In this document: positions 18,562 to 26,383 of the stretch, piece by piece
How positions within the stretch are numbered: position 1 is the stretch's first letter
Layout: every line of letters starts with the position of its first letter
NCBI GenBank assembly: GCA_964495375.1
Contig: CAZBWM010000023.1
Span: 2,795-66,794, forward strand
Length of the DNA: 64,000 nucleotides
Reading direction: 5' to 3'
Source: an uncultured Planctomycetaceae bacterium
GTDB taxonomy: Bacteria; Planctomycetota; Planctomycetia; Pirellulales; JAEUIK01
The notes under the pieces: generated by a model
The model's database searches: none
Told to the model about the DNA's origin: nothing
What the model saw: the letters and a program-made list of their open reading frames with translations, nothing else
Program-made: the position numbers and the translations under genes

Positions 18562-19674
18562 TCACACCCCGCGCCAGAGGTCGATTGGCCGCTTGGCGTC
18601 CGTCGTAAATGGCAGCTCGATCTTGCGCCCCTGACCGGCCGAAGCGTAAGCCGCTAGCACAATCTCGAGCGTGGCGCGGCCATCTTCGCCCGTGACTAGC
18701 GGTTGCCGATCGTCGCGGACGCACTCGACAAAGTGGGCCATTTCTTGTGGAAAGCCGTAGTTCCAGTTCTCTTCGTAGATTGTGTAGCTCCAGCCGGCCG
18801 TGGTGTCGGCCTTCTCGACTGCGTAGTCGTAACCGCGCTTCGAATAGGTGTGGATCGAGTTGCCACGCAGCAGGTCGGCGTAGGCTTGCCCCTCGGAACC
18901 AAACAACTCGGCGCGGTCGTCCATGCCGCCGGGCTTGCTCCAGCTTTCTTCGGCCAGGCCCGTGCATGGAGCCTGCAGGTGGCCTCCTTCAAACTGAATG
19001 ATGATCAGGGCGTCGTCGTCGCCGGTTGTTTTGGCGGCATGCACGGTCGTCTGCATGTGGGCCAGCACGCTGGTGGCGCGCGGCGGATTGCGGCCATCGG
19101 GGCCTGAGAGCAACCAGCGGAAAAACTGAATCGCGTGGCAGCCCATGTCGAGTGTGACACCGCCGCCGCTGCGGGCCACATCGTAGAACCAAGGGGCATG
19201 CGGCCCGTCGTGCTTTTCCGATTGCTTGACCAGATGCGGGCGACCCAGCGCGCCGGAGTCGAGCAGCCCCTTGAGACGCACGTACTTCGGCGCGAAGCAC
19301 AACTCTTCGGCGTACATCAGCTTGACGTTGGCCTTGCGGCAAGCCGCGATCATCCGGTCGCACTCGTCGAGGGTGAGCGCCATCGGCTTCTCGAGCACGA
19401 CGTGCTTGCCCGCCGCTGCGGCAGCCAACACCACTTCGCAGTGCAGGTCGTTGGGGATGCCCAGTACTACGAGATCGATCTCTGGCATTGCCAAGAGTCG
19501 GCGATAGTCGGTGAAGTGGTGCGGAATGCCGCGCTTCTCGGCGAAGGCGCGCACGTGCGCTTCCGTCGGTGAGGCCACGGCCAGCACTTCGGCATTGGGC
19601 ACGCTGCGCAAGGCTTCGTAATGAATGCTGGTGATGAACTGACTGCCGAGTAAGCCGACGCCGATTTTGGACAT
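18562..19674 (-). CDS. Gfo/Idh/MocA family oxidoreductase
   Basis: IGVGLLGSQF, HVVLEKPMA, YAEELCFAP, GGGVTLDMGCH. Ends KRPIDLWRGV inside repeat copy 2. Confidence 0.93.
   Translation of the reverse strand: MSKIGVGLLGSQFITSIHYEALRSVPNAEVLAVASPTEAHVRAFAEKRGIPHHFTDYRRLLAMPEIDLVVLGIPNDLHCEVVLAAAAAGKHVVLEKPMALTLDECDRMIAACRKANVKLMYAEELCFAPKYVRLKGLLDSGALGRPHLVKQSEKHDGPHAPWFYDVARSGGGVTLDMGCHAIQFFRWLLSGPDGRNPPRATSVLAHMQTTVHAAKTTGDDDALIIIQFEGGHLQAPCTGLAEESWSKPGGMDDRAELFGSEGQAYADLLRGNSIHTYSKRGYDYAVEKADTTAGWSYTIYEENWNYGFPQEMAHFVECVRDDRQPLVTGEDGRATLEIVLAAYASAGQGRKIELPFTTDAKRPIDLWRGV
18569..18595. repeat. 27-bp direct repeat, copy 2 (within the oxidoreductase 3' end)
   Basis: Identical to 17767-17793. 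Confidence 0.95.
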
Positions 19675-19867
19675 GGCTGTGCCTATTGCGGGTGCGATTG
19701 CCGATTCTGTAGGAGTGCAGAATCGCACGAGCCGCGGCGCGGGACAAGGGCCGGCCGCCGGCGCCAGGCTATGGACTTCAGGAATGGCAGGCCGGGAATC
19801 AGGCCTCCGGTGGCAACTCATGCCGCAGGAGCGGCTTGAGATACGTCAACACTGTTGGTTGAAGAGC

Positions 19868-21082
19868 CTACTTTGCCCGGCGCAGCCGCTGAGCCAGCTT
19901 GCTGCTCTTTTCGCGAGCCCGCGTGACCAAGAGCCCACCTTGGGCATCAATCGTCAGCTTACCGGTGATGACCGCGATTTGAAGTCCCCAGAAGCCGGCC
20001 ACCAACAGCGAGACAATACCGCCGCACCAAGGAGTTGAGCCGCGGGGGCTGATCGCCAGCAGGAAGATGGCCGAAACGAGCGAGACGACCAGCACCGACA
20101 ACTTGGTTTGCAGCATGCTGCGTCGTTCATCACGGGCGTGCTGCGCCAGGTGCGCCTTGGCGGACGCGTTGGCCAGCTCGCGCATCGCTGCCAGGTCGCA
20201 CTGACTCTCGGGTGCGATGGTGCGGGCAGGCTTCAGAGGTTTGCGTTGCGGTGCGGGCTCCAGGTCGAGCGTGGTCGTCGCCGATGGTGCAGCAGGGGCC
20301 GACCAGCGCGGCACACTCGGCTCGTGCGTTTCGTTTTGGACGGGCTGTGGAGGTTTAGGCGCCGGAGTCGTCGCTTTTGACGCGGAGCGATTGAGGAGCC
20401 GTTCCATGTAGCGATCGATCGACTCTTGCAGATCGTCCTCGTCGCCATCACGCCCAGCAGTTGACGACAACTTAACGGAGTCGGATCGAGTTTCCTCGCG
20501 ACGAACGATTTCGTTGCGAGGCGCTGACGCGGCCGTTTCGCCGCTGGGCAAGTCGTCTGCTTCGTCTTCTGACTCGCGAGTTGAAGTGCAGTGACGCACT
20601 TCGGTCGTGCGAACCGTCGTAATTGTCTCAGCGGTCACTTCGGTGGGGCGATCGACGGGATCGCGCAAAATGCCAGCGGCCTGCAAGCGGCGGAGGACGT
20701 CGGTGGCGTCGACGTCCGTTTCGTGCGACGCTTCGTCGTCGGCCGGGTCGGCGTCGCCCTCGAGTTCGTCTGCCGCCAAATCCGGCGTGGGGGCTCCGCT
20801 CAACTGCTGTTCGGCCTCAAACTTCGAACGCGATTGAGCCAGGGCGACTTCGGCTTCGGAGAGCCGCGATTCGCGCTCGGCGAGCTGCCGCAGTTGGTTT
20901 TCGATTTCGGCCTGACGAGCCGCTAGCGCCGCGATTTGCGCTTCGAGCTGACGCGAAGCGGCTTCCTGGGAGTCGGCGCCCTCGCCTGATTCGCTGTCGC
21001 GATCGCGAGCGTGGCACTCGCGCGGAGCTGCGGGGCCGCCCGTATCGAGAATCACGCTACTCCCGGACTTCCGACGCCCCAT
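19868..21082 (-). CDS. Hypothetical protein: coiled coil, acidic disordered region, C-terminal TM hairpin
   Basis: 404-aa ORF; heptad-rich segment (LEAQIAALAARQAEIENQL); two hydrophobic helices near the C-terminus. Confidence 0.7.
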   Translation of the reverse strand: MGRRKSGSSVILDTGGPAAPRECHARDRDSESGEGADSQEAASRQLEAQIAALAARQAEIENQLRQLAERESRLSEAEVALAQSRSKFEAEQQLSGAPTPDLAADELEGDADPADDEASHETDVDATDVLRRLQAAGILRDPVDRPTEVTAETITTVRTTEVRHCTSTRESEDEADDLPSGETAASAPRNEIVRREETRSDSVKLSSTAGRDGDEDDLQESIDRYMERLLNRSASKATTPAPKPPQPVQNETHEPSVPRWSAPAAPSATTTLDLEPAPQRKPLKPARTIAPESQCDLAAMRELANASAKAHLAQHARDERRSMLQTKLSVLVVSLVSAIFLLAISPRGSTPWCGGIVSLLVAGFWGLQIAVITGKLTIDAQGGLLVTRAREKSSKLAQRLRRAK

Positions 21083-21306
21083 GATGACAACGGCCCTTAC
21101 AGTGGGAGGCTGACGACGACTCGACCGGAGGTAGCGACACCGCTATCGCGGCCGCATTTGCCGAGCGACTTTCGGCCCTAAGGTCATGTAGCTCATAGCA
21201 CTGCGACAGTCAAAATGGGGAGCCATCGTGCGGCAGCGAGCGTAACGACTGTGCCGATGCCGACCGCTCGTGCGGCGCGTGCCGCGCTCCGAGGTGATCC
21301 ATTCGA

Positions 21307-21319
21307 TATAATGCTGGAG
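21307..21319 (+). promoter_or_regulatory. -10 TATAAT and RBS for the 21322 gene
   Basis: TATAAT at 21307-21312, GGAG at 21316-21319, ATG at 21322. Confidence 0.4.
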
Positions 21320-21321
21320 CA

Positions 21322-22557
21322 ATGAGCTCCCTCCGCGCTGAGCGATCCGCCGACGCCGAAAGCCGGCCCCCTTTGGAACAGCCACCGGCCGAGCCGACGG
21401 TTTTCGAGTTGGCTTGCACCTGCGGCGCCGTGGTTCGAACTCGCCAACCGGTCGCAGGTATGACCTGCCCGGTCTGCAGCTTGGCGCTGGCGATGCCCCC
21501 GGCCGTGACGGTGCGATCAAATGCGCCGGGCGCGGTGACGACTGCGCCAGCTAACGAATCAAGGCCCGCAACGGTGGGCCGCAAGCGTCCGTTCGAGGAT
21601 CACGCGACCCGTCGGCTTCCCCCGGCCCGTCTCGGATGGGCTCCGAGTTGGCGACGCACCCTGTTGTTGTTGATCGTTGCCTGTGCGGTTGTGATCGGGC
21701 TAACACTTCGTTTTGAGTGGCGACGCCGAGCGGCGATCCAACTTGGCGACCACCTGGCTACCGGACGCCAAGCGCTTGGTGCCGGAAAGTTCGAGGAAGC
21801 GGCGACGTCGCTGTCGCTAGCCGCGCGGGCGGCGCGGAACTTGGGTGGCAACTCGCCGCAGGTCGCATTAGCCTTGTCTCTCGACCGCGAGGCCCAGGTT
21901 TGGAACCGCCTCTCGCCGCGCACGATCGACGAGTTCTTCAGCGAGCACGGTCCGTCGGGCGGTTCCGACCCGGCGCGTACTTTTGATCGCCAGTTCGCCG
22001 GCCGCGCACTCGTGTTCGACGGTTTTGTTGAACCGGTCGTCGGTCGTGCGAACTACGGTGGCGAGGAACCTTTTGAACCGCGGCAGCCGATGCCCGCCGA
22101 CGGCGTCGATCCTGGTAACCTGCCACTCGATCAGCCTGCGCGGCCGGACGACAAAGCAGATCTCATTAGACTGCGTGACAAAGCCAACTCGGCGTCGGCC
22201 GGCAAAGCCAACGCCGGTGTGGCGGAAAATCCCTGGCAATTCGATTGGCAACTTGCGGGGCCGGGCTACGTGGTCGAGTTGGCGAGCGACGAGCTGACGC
22301 TATTCGAGGGTTTGCCACGAACGGGAGCAACCCGGGTGATCTTCGGTGGATTGATTGACCGGCTCGAACGATTGCCCGGCGCCGCAGCTCGCTGGCAATT
22401 GCACCTGGTGCCTGAGAGTTGTGTGTTGCTCACGGCCGCCGGTCCACTCGAACAGCAACAATGGCCCGACGAAGCCGGCTGGCGCGCGGTCTTGGCTACA
22501 CAATCGCGATTGCTATCCGCGCCAGAGGCCGGCCATGCTGCAGGAGCGAGACCGTGA
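21322..22557 (+). CDS. Hypothetical membrane protein with N-terminal Zn-ribbon (CTCG...CPVC)
   Basis: Two CxC/CxxC pairs, a TM helix, then a TPR-like helical segment. Confidence 0.7.
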   Translation: MSSLRAERSADAESRPPLEQPPAEPTVFELACTCGAVVRTRQPVAGMTCPVCSLALAMPPAVTVRSNAPGAVTTAPANESRPATVGRKRPFEDHATRRLPPARLGWAPSWRRTLLLLIVACAVVIGLTLRFEWRRRAAIQLGDHLATGRQALGAGKFEEAATSLSLAARAARNLGGNSPQVALALSLDREAQVWNRLSPRTIDEFFSEHGPSGGSDPARTFDRQFAGRALVFDGFVEPVVGRANYGGEEPFEPRQPMPADGVDPGNLPLDQPARPDDKADLIRLRDKANSASAGKANAGVAENPWQFDWQLAGPGYVVELASDELTLFEGLPRTGATRVIFGGLIDRLERLPGAAARWQLHLVPESCVLLTAAGPLEQQQWPDEAGWRAVLATQSRLLSAPEAGHAAGARP

Positions 22558-24080
22558 ATGCACATATTCGCCGGCGCTGCAGTTCGGCCACTGTCTTGTT
22601 TGTCATGCTCGCCAGTTTCCTGAGCGTCGCAATTAGTAGGGACGCGCTGCTGGCAGCCGAAGTGCCGGAGGTGCACCAGGTCGAGGCCAACCCCGCTGAC
22701 TATCTCGATCGGCCGATCACACTCTCGGGGCGGTTCTCGGCGTTTGGCGCCGGTCGGCTGCGCCTGGCCGATTCGCGAATCGACTTCTACCTGCTGCCGG
22801 AAGCACGCGCGGTGCGCCGCGCCATGACGCACGTGGAGCTTGCGGGCCGGCTGCGACAGGCCGGCAAGGGGCTTGCTTTCGACATCACCGCAATTGCGCC
22901 AGTCGCGAGCGAAGCGCAGCGGTTCGCTGAGCGCCGAGCTGCGCTGCACGCGCCGCAATTCGACGCACTCTTCGAACTCAGCCGCTGGGTTCGGCAACGC
23001 GGCCGGTGGTACAACGACGAATCGTTGCTGGAGTTGGCTTGGACGAGCTATCGCGAGGCATTTCGCTGGGAAGAGGATGAGATTGCCCGCGTGCAGGATG
23101 CCGAGGCCCTGCTAGCCCTGGCGTCGCGCGGCGAGGCGCTGGGGCTCGAACCTGGCGAAGCGACGCGCATCCGTCACCGGGCGCTATGGCTCAAGGCCGC
23201 ATCGCTGCCGGCTGCACAGCCATCAGCCCGTCGACAGTTGGCCAGCGAGGTTCGCAAGCTACTACCTGGCAGCGACGTGCCGCTGGGCGCCGACACCCAT
23301 GCGCGCTGGGCCGAGTATGAGCAGCATCCCATCGCGACGTACAATGAACTAACGGCCGACGATCGCCAGCTTGCCCATCGCGCGTTCTGGGTCTGGCTTG
23401 TTGGCCAGGCGATTCAGGAAGAAGCTGGTCGCGAAGGGACGAATCTCACCACACTACTGGATGAGTCGCGGGCGTCGCTCCCGGATCGACCCGATCTAGC
23501 GCGCCTACTCGAAGTGCAACTATGGCTCCAGCGCACCGCGCGGCTCGACCGCATGACGCGTTCGGACTTGGAGCGCGCCCGCGCCGCCTGGAATCGCTTG
23601 GGCGAACCGGACCGCGCGAAATCGCTCACCAATAACTGGCTTGAAGTGCAACTGGGGCAGTTAATCGCCGGCGACGCCGAGGCCCGCCTGCGGCTCGCCC
23701 AAGATTACCTCGATTTAGCCGACGATCGTGAAGCCGCCGCACGGCTCGCTCTCGAATCGGTGCGGCTGTCACCCGAACTGGGTGAGGCCGCCAAGCTATT
23801 GCAGCAGCTCGGTTACTTGCATGTCGCCGGGCAATGGAAGCGGCCCGAGGACGTGCCGACCACGACCGCGGGCGCCGGGAGCGAAGGGCTCGTTCGCCCG
23901 GGAGATTCGGAAGCCGTGGTGCTCGAGAAGCTCCGCCCGCCCGACCGCATCACGCGCGTGGCGGGTCGCGGCTGGATCGGCGAGCAGTGGAAATACGACG
24001 GTGCCGTCGGATTCTCGGTTTACTTGCTACGCGCGACCGCGACTGGCCGTGCCATCGTCGTGCGCGTCATTTCTCCCTGA
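22554..24080 (+). CDS. Hypothetical exported protein, helical repeats with SmpA/OmlA(BamE)-like C-terminal motif
   Basis: GTG start after CAGGAG, GTGA overlap with the previous gene, signal peptide; C-terminus GDSEAVVLEKLRPPDRI...EQWKY. Confidence 0.7.
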   Translation: MNAHIRRRCSSATVLFVMLASFLSVAISRDALLAAEVPEVHQVEANPADYLDRPITLSGRFSAFGAGRLRLADSRIDFYLLPEARAVRRAMTHVELAGRLRQAGKGLAFDITAIAPVASEAQRFAERRAALHAPQFDALFELSRWVRQRGRWYNDESLLELAWTSYREAFRWEEDEIARVQDAEALLALASRGEALGLEPGEATRIRHRALWLKAASLPAAQPSARRQLASEVRKLLPGSDVPLGADTHARWAEYEQHPIATYNELTADDRQLAHRAFWVWLVGQAIQEEAGREGTNLTTLLDESRASLPDRPDLARLLEVQLWLQRTARLDRMTRSDLERARAAWNRLGEPDRAKSLTNNWLEVQLGQLIAGDAEARLRLAQDYLDLADDREAAARLALESVRLSPELGEAAKLLQQLGYLHVAGQWKRPEDVPTTTAGAGSEGLVRPGDSEAVVLEKLRPPDRITRVAGRGWIGEQWKYDGAVGFSVYLLRATATGRAIVVRVISP

Positions 24081-24385
24081 GCTTCCTGAGCTACTTGCGA
24101 TCCGAGCGGCCGTAATCCGTCGCGGGCCCAGAAACTCTTGACGGGGAAACGACTTGCCGCCAGCGGCGCCTGCCCCCTAGGCGATGGCAGCGTCACGGTC
24201 GAATCAAGCGATTGCCAAAATCGGCTGCATATCCCTGCCGGTTTTGACGATTATCCGTAAGCCAACGGCTGGGTAGTTCGGCTCTGCATCGGGGTCGGCC
24301 GGCACCGCAAAAGTGTCCGCTCCGACATTCGAACCAGGGTGAAATAGCCATCCGAGGCTGCCACACCGACGGTGAGCGCCGTGGT

Positions 24386-24406
24386 GTAAGTCGATAGCTG
24401 ACTTAC
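24386..24406. repeat. Perfect intergenic palindrome GTAAGTC-N7-GACTTAC (arms extend to 24384-24408)
   Basis: gtgtaagtc/gacttacac are exact reverse complements. Confidence 0.7.
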
Positions 24407-24646
24407 ACTTCGCGTGGCTACGGCAATTGGTATTGATTTTTGCGCCGATGTCGCGATTGCGCGACCTGTTTTGGACTGGGTGCGTACTATAGTTTGGTTG
24501 CGACCTGCCCGGTAAGAACCCGGCAGCCCGCGCAACCGGTATTCGCACGCCACTTGTCAAGGAACACCTAGATCGTTCGAGCGGCTGGTCTGAAGGGGGG
24601 TATGAGCCTTCAGCGTGGCCCGACCGGACAGCGAGGGGAAGCACCA

Positions 24647-25093
24647 ATGGCACGCAAAGACGCCATCCTGCAGATGCGGCAGACGCTCGTGAAGCGTCGG
24701 GACGCGCTCCGTAAAGCCTTGGCGGGCGATCTCAGCCTGCTCAAGGAGCTCAGCAACCAAACCTCGGGCGACATGGTCGATGCCGCGCTCGATTCGGCGC
24801 AGGACGAGATCAACTCTCAACTGGCTGAAGTCGAGAGCCGCGAACTGGGCATGATCGAGAAAGCTCTCGAACGTATGCGTAGCGGCGACTACGGCGTTTG
24901 CGAAAGTTGCAATTCCAAAATCAAGCTCGAGCGCCTCAAAGCGCTGCCGTATGCCGTGCTCTGCATCGAATGCCAACGGGAGTCCGAGCGCGATGGCAGT
25001 TCGAACATGGATTCGGCCGACTGGGGCCGCGTGCTCGATAGTGGCAGCGACCACGATTTGACGATCAATGAGATCGAAATCGACGTGCCGTAA
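24647..25093 (+). CDS. dksA: DksA/TraR family RNA polymerase-binding factor
   Basis: Coiled coil with DMVDAA (DxxDxA tip) and C4 zinc finger CESC...CIEC. Confidence 0.9.
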   Translation: MARKDAILQMRQTLVKRRDALRKALAGDLSLLKELSNQTSGDMVDAALDSAQDEINSQLAEVESRELGMIEKALERMRSGDYGVCESCNSKIKLERLKALPYAVLCIECQRESERDGSSNMDSADWGRVLDSGSDHDLTINEIEIDVP

Positions 25094-25157
25094 AGTCGTC
25101 GTCCGCCTGGAAGGCCGCTTCCACCTCGTTGCACGGATGCTCCCGAGGAGCGCCAGA

Positions 25158-26303
25158 ATGGCTAGTCTGCGCAGCGCAGGCGTTCGCGCCTGCTCCGCAG
25201 TGTTTTGCCTTGTGCTCGGTTCGGTGCTCTACGCGCCGATCCGCGCGCAGGATCCCGAACCCGAATTCGACACCGCTGCGCGCGAGCGGCTCTACGAGCA
25301 GCTCGGCCGCGAGGCGGACGAATTCGAGCGGCATGGGCAGTTGCTCAAGACCGTCGTCAAGCTGATTGCACCGACGGTTGTGCATATCGAGACCGAAAAG
25401 ACCGAAGGCGCGCGCGGCACCGCGCGACGCCTGGTCGAAGAAGCCGGCTCGGGCGTCATCATTCAGCTCAAAGACCGCTTCTATGTCCTGACGAACTACC
25501 ACGTCATCAAAGGAACCGATCTGGGCAATATCCAGATTGGCCTGGCGGATGGCCGGCAAATCTCTCCCACGAAGACCTGGGAAGACCCGCCGACCGATAT
25601 CGCGGTCATGGCCGTGCAAAGCAACCACCTGTTGGCAGCACGAATTGGCAACAGTGCCCGCGTGGACATCGGCGACTTTGTCGTCGCCGTCGGGAGCCCC
25701 TTCGGGCTTAGTCATTCAGTCACTTACGGAATTGTCAGCGCCAAAGGTCGCCGCGACCTGGAACTCGATTCCGAAGGGGTGCAGTACGGCGACTTCATGC
25801 AGACCGATGCCGCGATCAACCCGGGCAACAGCGGCGGCCCGCTGATCAATCTGCGGGGCGAAGTGATCGGCATCAACACGGCAATCGCCAGCAACTCAGG
25901 CGGAAACGAAGGGATCGGCTTCAGCATCCCCATCAACGACGTCATGAAGGTGGTGCGGCAGCTCGTCGAGCGAGGCGCGGTGACGCGTGCCTTCTTGGGA
26001 GTGCAGCTCGATCGCCACTTTGGCCCCGCCAAGGCGACCGCCATTGGGCTTTCTCGGCCACGCGGGGCCTTGATTAACGGCATCACCGAGGGCTCGCCGG
26101 CCGCTCAATCGGGGCTGCGCGTGGGTGATGTTGTCTTGCGTTTTGGCGATGCTCCGGTCGACGACGATTCGCACTTAATTAACCTGGTGGCGCTCGCCGA
26201 AGTGGCCGGCGCGACGCCAGTGGTCGTGTTCCGCGACGGCCGCGAAGAAACGCTCAGCGTGCAACTCGTCGATCGCAAACGCTTTAGCCGGCCTGCCCAG
26301 TAG
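25158..26303 (+). CDS. HtrA/DegP-family trypsin-like serine protease with one PDZ domain
   Basis: GSGVII, LTNYHV, TDIAV, QTDAAINPGNSGGPL, GIGFSIP; GAGGAG RBS. Confidence 0.95.
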   Translation: MASLRSAGVRACSAVFCLVLGSVLYAPIRAQDPEPEFDTAARERLYEQLGREADEFERHGQLLKTVVKLIAPTVVHIETEKTEGARGTARRLVEEAGSGVIIQLKDRFYVLTNYHVIKGTDLGNIQIGLADGRQISPTKTWEDPPTDIAVMAVQSNHLLAARIGNSARVDIGDFVVAVGSPFGLSHSVTYGIVSAKGRRDLELDSEGVQYGDFMQTDAAINPGNSGGPLINLRGEVIGINTAIASNSGGNEGIGFSIPINDVMKVVRQLVERGAVTRAFLGVQLDRHFGPAKATAIGLSRPRGALINGITEGSPAAQSGLRVGDVVLRFGDAPVDDDSHLINLVALAEVAGATPVVVFRDGREETLSVQLVDRKRFSRPAQ

Positions 26304-26383
26304 CGGGCGAGCTTCACTTCGATGTGCCGCACGGCATGCGGCGGGGAGCAAACTTGGTTGCCCCGCCTATTCTGGTGTAGTCG

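Larger units (their letters stand above)
17794..18595. mobile_element. Putative 802-bp toxin-antitoxin islet bounded by 27-bp direct repeats
   Basis: Contains only a promoter-like region, an antitoxin and a PIN toxin between identical repeats. No recombinase. Confidence 0.6.

Noticed and set aside
22517-22528. 12-bp partial match (ccgcgccagagg) to the TA-islet repeat
   Set aside because: Short, GC-rich and within coding sequence; expected by chance.
24327-24335. GGTTCGAAT (tRNA T-loop-like) on the minus strand
   Set aside because: No complementary T-stem, anticodon arm or acceptor stem around it.
24204-24653. Minus-strand ORFs upstream of dksA (24204-24653, 24251-24553)
   Set aside because: No RBS or motif, and they overlap the dksA leader; likely spurious.
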